From: Terriglobia bacterium
GTDB lineage: Bacteria > Acidobacteriota > Terriglobia > 20CM-2-55-15
Direction of reading: 5' to 3'
NCBI GenBank assembly: GCA_965198225.1
Contig: CBDAOY010000005.1
Span: 160,001 to 224,000, forward strand
Length of the DNA stretch: 64,000 bases
Below are positions 20,448 through 31,545 of the stretch, one piece after another (the stretch's first letter is position 1; each line of letters begins with the position of its first letter). The position numbers and the translations under genes were made by a program. The notes beneath the pieces are model-generated. The model had not been told where the DNA came from, searched no databases, and saw only the letters and a program-made list of their open reading frames with translations.

Positions 20448-20834
20448 TTACTTCTCCTGTCTGTTTGTCTCGCTCTCCAGCCGCTTCCGCAGCTGTTCGT
20501 AGGCACCGTTCAACCGTTGCGCCAGTTCATCAGCGATTTTTCGTTTCTCGGGATCCTTCGAATGCAGATCCGGGTGATACTTCCGCAACTGCCGTTTCCA
20601 TGCCTTCCGAACGGTGGCAAGGTCGGAACCATAGGGCACCTCCAGGTTGGAATACAGCTCGGCCAGCTCTGGATCGACGCCACTGGCGGCAGCGGCCTGT
20701 CGGCCACCGCGGGCCGACCCGCGGGCCCGAGCTTGACTCTGGCGCCCACGCGCCCGTTCGACGCGAACCCGTCCGCTCGAGTCAGCGCGGATCTGGGCTC
20801 GAATGAGGCGGATCACGCGTGTCACCAGGTCCAA
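20448..20834 (-). CDS. small J-domain (DnaJ-like) protein
   Basis: Y..LEV...VRKAWKR.LRKYHPD...LNGAYEQL. Confidence 0.85.
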   Translation of the reverse strand: MDLVTRVIRLIRAQIRADSSGRVRVERARGRQSQARARGSARGGRQAAAASGVDPELAELYSNLEVPYGSDLATVRKAWKRQLRKYHPDLHSKDPEKRKIADELAQRLNGAYEQLRKRLESETNRQEK

Positions 20835-21086
20835 CGGTTCAGCTCCTTAGAAAACAGGTTCTCCACGACGACCTTCGGTACTGAATAGAATGATAACTCA
20901 AGATTCGACAGCGATCCCATTCGTCCGAGTCTCTCTACGATTATCGCTTGTGTATTCGGCAACTCGTTGACCTCAACCCCCTCCTCTCTTAATATTTACG
21001 CGAGTTTCCCAGAACCTGGCGAACGAACGCCTCTTGGCGGTATTGGCAAGCGCGGCGTCCGTCAGGGAAGGAATGACTCGATAACC

Positions 21087-22145
21087 ATGCTCAGGCTGCT
21101 CATGGAATTCTTCCGGCGCTTCAGGCCGGAGAGACACGGCGAAATCCTTCGGGTAATCCTCTTGTTTTTCGCCCTGATCGTCCTGGGAGCGGTTGGTTTC
21201 AAGCATTTTGAGAGTGCCGTCAAACCCGAACTGTCTTGGGGCGATGCCATTTGGTGGTCGATCGTTACGATGACCACTGTGGGGTACGGTGACTATTTTC
21301 CCACCACCGCCTACGGTCGCTACCTGGTGGCCATGCCAGTGATGCTTGTCGGCATCGGCATCCTTGGCTACCTACTGTCGGTGATGGCAACTGCGTTGAT
21401 TGAGTCGCGGTCAAAGGAGTTGAAAGGCATGACAGACCTCCGCGTCGAATCCCATGTACTCGTGGTCCATTTTCAGAGCCACGGCCGGAACCTGGAGATT
21501 GTCAAGGAACTGCGAGAGGACTCTAAAACGAAGGACCTTGCAATAGTGCTGGTCGACGAGCACCTCGACGAGCTGCCGGTCGAATTTCGGCAACTGGGTG
21601 TCCGTTTTGTGAGAGGCAACCCATCGAAGGAAAGCGTCCTGCGGCGCGCATGCGTGGACAAGGCACGTTATGCCATCGTCCTTGCCTCCGAGGTCAACAA
21701 CGTGCGCGCCGATGACCATACGCTAGCCGCTGCGCTCACCATCGAATCGATCCATTCCAATGTCTTCACGGTCGCCGAATGTGTCGATCCTGAGCGTGTA
21801 GAGCTGATGCGCCGATCGGGATGTAACAGCGTGGTCTGCGTGGCCGGTCTTGCATCTTCCTTCCTGGTTCAGGAGGTTTCCGATCCTGGCACGCAGGCGG
21901 TCGTCAACGAACTGATGTCAAACAGATTTGGTCAACACGTCTACATCGCACCTGTCGAACAAATGCAAACCTGGGACTTTTCCGAGCTGCAGGCACATCT
22001 TTCACGACAAGGGTACCTTGTATTAGGGGTACAACGCGGCGACGAGGCACGGCTCAACCCAGGTAACGCTTACAAGATCGAAGCGAGCGATCACGTTATC
22101 TGCATGGGGCCAGGCAGACCCGCGCCGGTTCGGATCTCAGCCTAA
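21087..22145 (+). CDS. 2-TM potassium channel with RCK domain (MthK-like)
   Basis: WWSIVTMTTVGYGD selectivity filter; RCK-type C-terminus (FVRGNPS). Confidence 0.9.
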   Translation: MLRLLMEFFRRFRPERHGEILRVILLFFALIVLGAVGFKHFESAVKPELSWGDAIWWSIVTMTTVGYGDYFPTTAYGRYLVAMPVMLVGIGILGYLLSVMATALIESRSKELKGMTDLRVESHVLVVHFQSHGRNLEIVKELREDSKTKDLAIVLVDEHLDELPVEFRQLGVRFVRGNPSKESVLRRACVDKARYAIVLASEVNNVRADDHTLAAALTIESIHSNVFTVAECVDPERVELMRRSGCNSVVCVAGLASSFLVQEVSDPGTQAVVNELMSNRFGQHVYIAPVEQMQTWDFSELQAHLSRQGYLVLGVQRGDEARLNPGNAYKIEASDHVICMGPGRPAPVRISA

Positions 22146-22883
22146 GATCGGTGACTGCGCCTTAGAATGTTTCCAGAACGCGGATAGGCCTAAGACCAGA
22201 ACGCCCACTGAGATCCCTCCGCACACGAAACCCCAGAACCAATACGGCAAGATTAGTAGGTCTGCGAGCTGCGCAACGTCTGAAGGCATCGCTCCGGCGC
22301 TGGTCATCGCGATCTCGGTGAACAGATAGTCCGCGCGCGCGAAAACGCTGAGTGCCATTTGTACCGCTAGGAGCGCGGCAGTAAACTGAGCGAGTCCGGT
22401 ACCAAAGCGCATACCCACATACAGCAGGCTTCCGCCCACTGCCCCGACGAAGACAAGGCCAAAGACGTTGCGAATGAGCAAGACGCAGGCAGCAAGCATT
22501 AACGTTCCGAATACCATGAGTGCGATCTGTGCAAGGCGTGCGCGGGCCGACAACCAAAACAGCAAGGCCCCCGCCACTGCTGGCCCCGTGAGCCCGCCCG
22601 CCGCTGTGGCTGCTCGGCTTAATCGGCCGGCACGGCCACCTATGATGGCCACCCCAGACCCGTCAGCGTAGAGGCTGAAAGAGTTGAACTCGAGGCCGAC
22701 CAACATCGCAGTCAGTCCGTGGCCCAATTCGTGGGCAAGAGTTGATAAAAGAAGGATCGGATAACCAACAATTCCACCATAGGGGAGGAAGGGCACCAAG
22801 ACGCAGACGGCTGTTGCTCCGGCTAACGCAGTTCTCGCACGCGCTCCTTCTGCGTCTCGAAGGTGTACATGGTCTCGCAACAT
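22137..22883 (-). CDS. M50 (M50B-like) intramembrane metallopeptidase
   Basis: HELGH, GSGVA, AAGG.TGP, SDVAQLA; hydrophobic. Confidence 0.85.
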   Translation of the reverse strand: MLRDHVHLRDAEGARARTALAGATAVCVLVPFLPYGGIVGYPILLLSTLAHELGHGLTAMLVGLEFNSFSLYADGSGVAIIGGRAGRLSRAATAAGGLTGPAVAGALLFWLSARARLAQIALMVFGTLMLAACVLLIRNVFGLVFVGAVGGSLLYVGMRFGTGLAQFTAALLAVQMALSVFARADYLFTEIAMTSAGAMPSDVAQLADLLILPYWFWGFVCGGISVGVLVLGLSAFWKHSKAQSPILG

Positions 22884-23189
22884 GGTGGGAGGCTCGCGAA
22901 TCTCCTAGGATTTCGTGGCTACCGAGTCGAGTGCAGAAATGCAGACTCGTAATGGTCAATCAAGTGACTTGATGCAGCTAAGTCTTCCATAGCTGTCAGA
23001 CGCTTTATAGTCAGCGGATGGCGTCAAAAGATCTCAACGGTCGTAGCACCTCGCGCATAAAAGGGTACCGTCACCAAGTTTGGGGAAACCGGCTAAATAG
23101 TATGACAGGAAGGGTTTGGGGTCAACGAAGTCGCCGGTTTGACAGGGTCAGGGAGTGATGCTCACCCGGTGGTGGATCGCGGCGGTGAG

Positions 23190-23846
23190 TCAGTTCCGTA
23201 GTTCGTGGCTCAGAGCCCGGATCACAAAAAGATCTACCCGCACGTCGTGTTGCAGTTCGAGGTCGAGAACGTCGCCGGTGGTGAGTTGTACGATTCGAGG
23301 AACCAAACGGTTGACTGTCCACGCCAGGCGCCGCAGTCGCGTTTCCACTCTTTCTGCAGGAAGCGGGCCAACCTCGATCTCAGGCGCATCCGAACCGCTG
23401 TCGATGAACTTCAACAACTTCTCGGTCGCCTTCTCCAGGTCCTTCGACAGGCGCTCCAGCTCTTGCTTCGCCCAACGCTCTGACATGGGAGCGAAACGGA
23501 GCGCATGGAGCTCGGCGGCCTGCCGGTGGAACTTTTCGACATCTTTCTGGAATCCGTCCAGCCGCAGTGCCCGGTAGTAGTTTTCGCGGGCCTCGGCGCG
23601 TGCCCGACCTTCGGGGGAGACGCTTTCAAGCCAGAGCTTCAGGTCACGATCGCGTTCCTCGCGAAGTCTCCGTTCCCGTTCTGCCACTGCGCGCTCCGCC
23701 TCCCGCCGCCGTGCTTCCTCCCTCTCCTCCATCGCTTCTGCTTCGGCGCGCTCCTTTTCCGTCCGCTGAGTTTGCTGGGCAAAGGAGGCCGGGGCACTCA
23801 AGAAAAACAACGCGACGAGTATCGATGAAATAACGGCGGTCTTCAT
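23190..23846 (-). CDS. secreted hypothetical coiled-coil protein
   Basis: Signal peptide MKTAVISS...ASFA followed by an E/R-rich helix. Confidence 0.65.
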   Translation of the reverse strand: MKTAVISSILVALFFLSAPASFAQQTQRTEKERAEAEAMEEREEARRREAERAVAERERRLREERDRDLKLWLESVSPEGRARAEARENYYRALRLDGFQKDVEKFHRQAAELHALRFAPMSERWAKQELERLSKDLEKATEKLLKFIDSGSDAPEIEVGPLPAERVETRLRRLAWTVNRLVPRIVQLTTGDVLDLELQHDVRVDLFVIRALSHELRN

Positions 23847-23931
23847 GGCGGGACGCCTCAACCCTATGCTGCGGCAGTATTGGCCAATCATCAAGAAAAA
23901 AGGGAGCAGGATAAAGCCGATACTCGTGTCC

Positions 23932-24468
23932 TCAAACGCGTAAAGGTTGCTCGCCGGTGATCGGATCACGGATTGATGTTACGTGGCGGTCAAGGAAGGG
24001 CTGAGGAGGAATGGAGATGGGGACCTCTACCTGCGCCCTGAGGAACGCAATTCCAGCAAGGGTGTCGGTGGCCAGGTCCTCGAAGCTTGCGGTGTGCCAG
24101 TTTCCTTCAGACTGTTCAGAGCCCCGCTTGTCGGGAAGGAGAACCGCTATCCCGCCCTGCTGCAGGTGTTGAGTCAACGTCAGATACCAGGCGCTGTCTC
24201 TTTGGCTCGTTCCGGATCCGTGAATGATGACGGCGGCCGGGAACGGGCCATCACCGTCGGGCAGAAACAGCATGCCGGAAAGATCGAGATCCTGCTCGGC
24301 GTTCCAGAATCGAACTTCCCGGAAGGTCGTATCGGCCAGCCGGACGCCCTCGAACCTTCGGGACTCCGAGCCGGTGAATGGAGCGATCAGAATGGGAACG
24401 ACGAGCAGACCCGCAAGGACTACCAGGGTGCCGTATGCCGCGTATCTCTTCATGGCGTGAATCGCCAT
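23932..24468 (-). pseudogene. C-terminally truncated alpha/beta hydrolase
   Basis: GPFPAAVIIHGSG, DKRGSEQSEG, FEDLATD present; sequence diverges before the GxSxG nucleophile. Confidence 0.65.
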
Positions 24469-24538
24469 CGCAACTTCCGGCGCGCCACGGAAAAGCTTAG
24501 AGGACGACTCAGAGCTGACTGACCACGGAGTCTGTCCG

Positions 24539-25465
24539 CTAGTTGTTCGGAGCGGCACCCAGAGTCGATTTGAAGAACGATGCCGCCCGGCTCATGACGT
24601 CCTCATGCCACTGCTCGAGATTCCAGAAGGCATGGGGCGCATCGGGTATCGGTACCAGCCCGACGGAGGCCCCACGCTCCCTGTACTCTTCCGCCAGGCG
24701 CACCGATTGCCGATAAGGCACGGTCCGGTCGGTCCGGCTGTGGATCAGCAGGATCGGTGGCGAACCACCATGGACATGGGTGATGGGCGATGCCAGCCTC
24801 CAGAGCTGCTCATCAAACGGGCCGCCCATGAATGCCGAAATCTGACGACCTCCCGGGCCCGAGCCAAAATCCGCCGGAACAGCCATCGCGACAACTGCCT
24901 GCACCTCACTTGAAGCGTCCGGATTCCCGCCCTCGCCCTCCAGCTCGGAGATTGGGTAGCTCGTGCCGGCAAGAGCCGCCAGATGGGCGCCGGCAGAGCC
25001 ACCGATCGCTCCGATCCGATCCACATCGATCGCGTACTGCCCCCCGTTGGCCCTCATCCACCGTATCGCTGCCTTGACATCGTGAATCGCGGCTGGAAAC
25101 TTCGCCTCGCCGGAGGCACGGTATTCGATGGAGGCGGCAGCCAATCCTTCTTTGGCCAGGAAACCGGCGATGTGGGCAAAGCCCTCCTTGTCGCCCGAAC
25201 GCCAGCCACCTCCCCGGATGACGATCACACCCGGTGTCGGATCAACCAGGCCTTTCGGCAGGTACAGATCCAACTTCAATTGCCGATCTCCGTAGTTGGC
25301 GTAGGTCAGGTCGCGTACCACACGAACGGAGTCGGATAAGGTGAACTGGTAGCGCTCGGGACGTGTCTGACGGTCTTGCCGAGCGTCGCCTCTCAGAGGA
25401 AGCAGCATCGTTATAACCAGGATGCTGGCGAGCGAAACAAGAGCATGCGTGCGATGTGTCGGCAT
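24539..25465 (-). CDS. secreted alpha/beta hydrolase (BD-FAE/lipase-esterase)
   Basis: LKLDLYLP, IRGGGW, FPAAIHD.KAAIRW, GGSAGAHL, PPILLIH..D.TVP. Confidence 0.88.
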   Translation of the reverse strand: MPTHRTHALVSLASILVITMLLPLRGDARQDRQTRPERYQFTLSDSVRVVRDLTYANYGDRQLKLDLYLPKGLVDPTPGVIVIRGGGWRSGDKEGFAHIAGFLAKEGLAAASIEYRASGEAKFPAAIHDVKAAIRWMRANGGQYAIDVDRIGAIGGSAGAHLAALAGTSYPISELEGEGGNPDASSEVQAVVAMAVPADFGSGPGGRQISAFMGGPFDEQLWRLASPITHVHGGSPPILLIHSRTDRTVPYRQSVRLAEEYRERGASVGLVPIPDAPHAFWNLEQWHEDVMSRAASFFKSTLGAAPNN

Positions 25466-25533
25466 CGAATCAACTCCGGTGTCAGAACAACGTCATAGAA
25501 TCACCACAGTGGCTCATACAGTCATCTTCTGTC

Positions 25534-26591
25534 TCATCGACGAGGCTCGGAGGAATCGCTAACGGGTTTCATCAGGCCGTGTCTATTCAGAAAGTCCTGA
25601 ATCGTCGACAACGCATCGAGGTATCGGTCCCTCGAGAAGCCGCCATGCTCGCCGCCGGGAATCGTCAGCAGTTCGTTCGATACACCGGCCTTCTCTAATT
25701 CTTCATGAAGCCGCACGGCATGGCTGTATGGCACAATGGGATCCGCATCACCGTGAATCGTGAGAATGGGTGGCAGCCCCCCGCGGGCATAGTTCAACGG
25801 CGACACTCGCTCTCCAATCTCTTTCCGATTTGGCATGCTGCCCATCCATTCAACCGCGTAGCTCTTAACGTTCGACCCTTCGAGGAGGTCCGGAACGTCG
25901 GTAATACCGAACCAATTAATAATGGCCGCTACCTTGAGCTCCTCCATACCCGGGCACTGTCGATCCAGGCCAGCCGAGGCCGGCAGCATGCCGGTCGTCA
26001 GAGCCAGGTGGCCTCCGGCAGAATGACCACTGGTGACCAACCGATCGACATCAAACTGGTATTCTTCCGCATTCCGAATGACCCACCTCAAGGCGCACAA
26101 ACAGTCCTCGACCGCCGCCGGAGCCAGAGACACCGGTCCGAGGCGATACTCCACGTTGACCACGCTCCTCATAGGAATCCAGGCAACTGAATGTGCGGAC
26201 GTTGAAATTCGGTACTTGGTCACCAGACGACGGAACGTATACCACGGCGCGAACTCCATGACTTGTGCGAAGACCAGCTTGCCAGCGTGCATCGGTGAGA
26301 AAAGGAAGGAAGGTCAGAGCACTGGCTTCTTTGCTGCCCCGGACCCAGCCGCCGCCATGGATGTAGATCAGTGTGGAGGTTGGGTTCCGACACGTCCCGC
26401 GGAAGGTAGACATCGAGCTTCGCGTCCCAATTATCCGCCCTGAGGTACGTAATGTTGGGAACGATCCGGTATTCCCGTGCCAGATCAACCGCCGATATGG
26501 CGGCGTCGGAAAGCTGAGCCAGAGCCGTCGGGGCCAGCGAAAACGCGCCGATCGTCACGACGAGCAGAGCTACCGCTTTATTCTTGAACAT
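25534..26591 (-). pseudogene. alpha/beta hydrolase disrupted by a frameshift (~26375) and an IS-derived insert
   Basis: Three frames carry the signal peptide/KLDVYLP, IHGGGWVRG and VVNVEYRL..GHSAGGHL..HGDAD. Confidence 0.8.
26170..26296 (-). mobile_element. fragment of IS4-family (DUF4372-type) transposase 5' end
   Basis: MHAGKLVFAQVMEFAPWYTFRRLVTKY / NFNVRTFSCLD resembles the N-terminus of IS4-family transposases (recognised by eye). Confidence 0.7.
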
Positions 26592-26764
26592 AGTGTTCTC
26601 CTATTTGTCGATCAGCACCTGCGCCTCGTGCTGAAGGCGTTCTGCGGGAAACTGGCCAAATGGGACGGGAGGAAGGGGTTGGCGTCAATCAATCGGGCCA
26701 CAAGAGGGCAACAAACGAGCGACCTGACGGGCAAAGCCTCTGAGCTTTCCACTCCTGCGGGAAA

Positions 26765-27727
26765 CTAGTTGCGGTTTGAAGCGTCTTCTTTCGATGCGTC
26801 GAAAACACTCGTGCGCCAGGACTCGTGATCGGGCACACGGCCGCGGCAGATCGATTCGAGCCTTTCCCAGATGTCTGCCGTCAATCTTCCGATCCGGCCG
26901 TCACCAATCAATATGCCGTCAACCTCGGTAACCGGACGAATCTCCGCCATGGAACCCGCGAAGAAGATCTCCTCGGACACATAGAGCTCGGTGCGGTCGA
27001 CCGCGCGTTCGGCAACCTGCCTGCCCATGTTCCCCTGAGCGATCTCGATCACCGTCTCCCGCGTTATACTCTCGAGTATCCCTTCCGTGACTGCCGGAGT
27101 CCCGATGTTTCCATCGCGGACGAAGAAAATGGATTCACCGGCACCCTCTGAAACCTTACCGCCAGGGGTCAGGAAAATGACCTTGTCATAGCCTCCTGCC
27201 TGCACCTCCATCGAGCCGAGGCGTGAGTTCTGGTAATTGGACCCGCACTTGACCCGTGCCGGGATCGACTCGTCAGAAATCCGCCGGAATGAGCTCACAC
27301 CGGCCCGCACGACCTTCTCCTCCAGGCTCTTTGATGGGTTTGGCAATGCTGCGCACATCAAGGATACGGGGCCGGTACTGTCATACAGGCCCTGGCCCAG
27401 CAACAATGCACTGAGTCGGACGTGGATGTCCTCTCTCAGTTCGTTGGCGCGAATGGTTTCGAGGACGACCTCCTTCAGGTACGACTCCTCGAAATCCTGA
27501 TCGAACCGCATCAGCTTCATCGAGTTGCGAAGGCGGCGGAGGTGTTCGTCCAGGCGGAACACGAAGAGGTCGTCGTGCTCGGCGTTCCAGTAGGCCCGTA
27601 TCCCCTCGAAGACTGAAGTACCGTACTTCGCCGCGGGACTCAAGAAATGAACGGTCGCTTTTTCGGACGGAACGATCTCCCCATCGACACTCATGTATCG
27701 CGGGCTGGACATGTTCTGGAGCCTCAC
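26765..27727 (-). CDS. class IV PLP aminotransferase (branched-chain/D-amino-acid type)
   Basis: YGTSVFEGIRAY, FRLDEHLRRL, K.GSNYQNS, SEGAGE, ILESITR; GTGA overlap with upstream gene. Confidence 0.9.
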   Translation of the reverse strand: MRLQNMSSPRYMSVDGEIVPSEKATVHFLSPAAKYGTSVFEGIRAYWNAEHDDLFVFRLDEHLRRLRNSMKLMRFDQDFEESYLKEVVLETIRANELREDIHVRLSALLLGQGLYDSTGPVSLMCAALPNPSKSLEEKVVRAGVSSFRRISDESIPARVKCGSNYQNSRLGSMEVQAGGYDKVIFLTPGGKVSEGAGESIFFVRDGNIGTPAVTEGILESITRETVIEIAQGNMGRQVAERAVDRTELYVSEEIFFAGSMAEIRPVTEVDGILIGDGRIGRLTADIWERLESICRGRVPDHESWRTSVFDASKEDASNRN

Positions 27728-30700
27728 TTTGAACGGCGTTGGATGGTCGCCTCGTCGTCAACGCTTGCGTCGCTGGCAATAACCACACCGTAATCCTCAT
27801 CGGCCGCAGCGCGGGACACCAGCCCCAGGGCAACGTCGTTGGCCACCTTCCGGGGATCGCGTTCGAACGGGTCCCCAAAGCCACCTCCACCAGGTAGCTC
27901 GAGCCGCAGTCGGTCTCCCCTCGGGATCGTCTGGTTGCCCTTGCTGTGGCGGATCTCGCCGGACTGCAGGCCGGCGAACCCCGGCTTTCCGGGCCTGCCA
28001 CCGGCGCGGCCGCATGCGGGATGATCGATACGGTCAAACATCGCCTGGAAACTCATCGGTGCATCGACGGCCGAACCGATCTCGACCAGCTGGCCGACTC
28101 CGCCGCGGTACTGACCGGCTCCCCCGGAATCGGTACGAAGTTCCTTGCGCCAGAAGATGACGGGCGCCACCGCCTCCGCCGACTCGACGGGAATGTTCTT
28201 GATACCGGCAGGAAACGCAGTCGCGTTGAGTCCGTCTTTCTTAGCTCGAGCGCCCATACCGCCGCTCTGAAAATAGAACATCTCCCATGCCCGATGGATT
28301 CCGTCAAACCAGCTCTCACCGCGCAGATAAGGATTCCACATCATACCCGACTCGGCGAGGACGCTCTCGGGCGCCGCTTTGTAGAGACATCCCATCACCG
28401 TGTCGGGCAGGGCATGTCCGATGATGTGCCTGGCACTGACGGGGGCGGGCCAGCGGGGATTGAGTATCGATCCCTCGGGCGCCCCGACGGTAAACGGTTC
28501 GAGCGAACCGTGGTTGTTCGGAATGTCAGGGGCAACGACACATTTGAGCCCGAAGCACGTGTACGCCAGCGTATAGTTCAGGACCACGTTGATCCCATGT
28601 GGGCTCTGGGGGGAAGAGCCCTCGAAATCGACATGGATGGCGTTTTCCGATACCGTCATGGTCGCGTCGAGTTCGACGGGGCTGTCGTAACCGTCGATTG
28701 TCAGCCGGTTGTGGTAGACACCCTCCGGGATCCCGCGTAACGCCGCGATAGTCGCGTCCCGCGAATTCTCTATGATGTGCTCGGCCAGTTCGTCGAGCGT
28801 CTCGATGTCAAACTCTGCCATCATCCTGTTCAAGCACCGCGCGCATTCTTCGCCGGCAGCAGTCGTCGCAACCAGATCGCCCTCGACCTGAAGTGGCTCG
28901 CGGCTGTTGGCGAGCAGGATTTGCACCAGGGTTTCGTTGAGAACCCCTTCCCGCATGAGGTGCATGTGCGGAATCTAAAGCCCCTCCTCGTAAACCTGTC
29001 TGGCGTCGGTCCCCATGCCGCGCCCGCCGATGTCCGTCAAATGCACGGTGGCGGCGAACAGCCCAACAAGGCGACCCATACGGAAGGCGGGAGTCACGAG
29101 TGTGACATCGTTGAGATGGCCGGAAGCCTTCCACGGATGGTTCGTGATGTAACTGTCCCCCTCTTTCATCGAATCCGGAGGAAAGAATTCAAAGAAGTGC
29201 CGCACCGCCCGTGCCATCGTGTTGACGTGTCCCGGTGTTCCGGTGACCGCCTGGGCGAGCATCCGTCCTTTCGTGTCGAATACACCCGCCGAAAGATCGC
29301 CTCCTTCCCGGACGGGGGTGCTGAAGGCGGCGAAGACGAGCGTGTTGGCCTGCTCTTCCACGACAGCGATCAGCCGGTTCCACATGATCTGAAGGTTGAT
29401 GAGTGCCGGCCGACTGTCTTCCTCCTTCTCTTGACTCGCCGGTGCGCCTTGCTTCAGGCGGTTGCACTCGATGTAGCCGTACCGGTCGACCCGCGCGTCG
29501 AATCCGGAACTGACGACGGTCGAAGTCTCGCTCTCCATGATGATCGCGGGTCCTTGAATCTCGGCGCCGGGCTTCAAATCGGTGCGCTGATAGACGGGAA
29601 CCTGGACGAACCGGGAGCGACCGGCGTCGAATACCTGGCGTCTGGCCACGGGCTTCGGACTATAGGGAACCGGATCGGTCCCGACGGCCTCGAGCGGCCC
29701 ATCTATCGTGCGGACCCTGACGATCCATGTCAGAATTTCAACATCTGCTCCGCTCAAGATGCGTCCGTAGACGCGCTGGTACTCTCGCTCGAAGGTCTCT
29801 CTCAGGAAATCCCCATCCCTGTTGGTGAACACTCGGACCGGCATCTCGACCGCAATCTCATGGCCCTGGCCGAAATACCGCATGTACGCGATGCGTTTCT
29901 CCTCGAGCAACTGGCTGGAAGCGGCAGCCTCCACTACACGCGCCGCTTCGTCGCTCATCTCCGTCAACACCGCGTTCGTCGCTTCCAGGTCGATCGAACT
30001 CAGCAGCCCGTGATGGCTTCGGATGATTTCATAGGCAACCGGCGCCTGGAGGAAGCCTACGGCCGAACCGACACCGGCACTGGTGGGAATCAGGACGCGA
30101 TCGATGCCGATCTTTTCGGCGACCCGTGTGGCATGGAGGGGTCCACCGCCGCCGAACGCCACCAGCGTTCGCGTCGACGCTTCCTTGCCGCTTTCGACCG
30201 CATGGACTCGGGCGGCGCTCGCCATGGTTTCGTCGACGATCTCGCTCACCCCCAGAGCCGCCAACTCCACTGCCAGATCCAGGCGACTGCCAATCTCTTC
30301 CTGCAGCGCGTGTCGCGCGGCTTCGGTGTCGAGGGGGATGCGGCCTCCTGAAAAATTATCGGGATCGATTCGGCCGAGAACAACGTTGGCATCCGTGACG
30401 GTGGGTTCGAATCCACCGCGGTCATAACAAGCCGGGCCTGGCACGGAACCGGCGCTCCGGGGACCGACCGCAATTCGCTTCAGCGGATCGACCCGCGCGA
30501 TTGAGCCACCGCCCGCCCCGATTTCGACCATTTCGATGACCGGAATGCGCAGCGGCAGTCCGCTCCCCTTCTTGAAGCGGTAGACGCGGCCGACCTCAAA
30601 ACTCCGCGCCGTCTGGGGCCGTCCGTTGTCGATCAGACATATCTTGGCCGTCGTGCCACCCATATCGAACGAGACAACTTCGTCGAGGCCACATTGAGCA

Positions 30701-31545
30701 GCGATCAAACTAGAGAAGATCGCACCGCCGGCCGGGCCCGACTCCACAAGCCGAACGGGAAAACGCCGGCTGGTTTCGACCGTTGCCAATCCTCCGCCGG
30801 AAAGCATCATGAGCAGTGGGCAGGAAAACCGCCGTTTCCGGAGGTTTCGTTCAAGCCCGACCAGATAGCGGGCCATCGCGGGCTGGATGTAGGCGTTGGC
30901 GCAAGCGGTGGAGATGCGCTCGTACTCCCTCATCTCAGGCGCCACTTCCGACGACAGCGTGACGGCAAGATCGGGCAGGAGCGCTTTGAGAATCGCTCCA
31001 GCTCGACGCTCGTGGTCCGGATTGACGTAACTATGCAAGAATCCGACGGCAACCGACTCGACTCCAAGGCGTTCCAGATCTTCGGCAAGTCGCCGGACAG
31101 CCTCCTCGTCGAGTGGCAGGAGAATCTCTCCTCGCGCGCTGAGCCGCTCCGGGACCGTAAGACGAAGGTTTCTGGGTACGAGAGGATCGGGAAGATCCAG
31201 AAAGATGTCGTACTGCTCGAAGCGGTGCTCCAGCCGTATTTCGAGCGTGTCACGAAATCCTTCGGTCGTGATCAGAGCAGTCTTCGCACCGTTCCGCTCG
31301 ATCAGCGCATTGGTCGCAAGCGTCGTGCCGTGGATGATCAGGCGGACGTCGCCAGCATCGATTCCGGCGTGTCCGACAATTGTATCGATCGACTCCATGA
31401 CACCCTCTTCGGGCGCCGAATGGGTCGTCAGCACCTTGTCGGTATGCCGTTTGCCGTCGACTTCCAGCACAACGTCGGTGAAAGTTCCACCGATGTCCAC
31501 GCCGAGCCTTGCACGAGGGGTGGGATTGCCCATACCTTTCTCCAT
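27724..31545 (-). pseudogene. fused hydantoinase A+B / 5-oxoprolinase-family enzyme with in-frame TAG at 28975-28977
   Basis: DIGGTFTD, HGTT.ATNA, ESGPAGG, DMGGTT, then Hydantoinase_B (GHLND, EEGL*IPHMHL, DSGGAG.YRGG); both halves are in the same frame. Confidence 0.85.

Noticed and set aside
28975-28977. Alternative genetic code (TAG reassigned)
   Set aside because: Many genes here end properly at TAG at their family-typical C-termini (e.g. speD, ggt, yjbQ)
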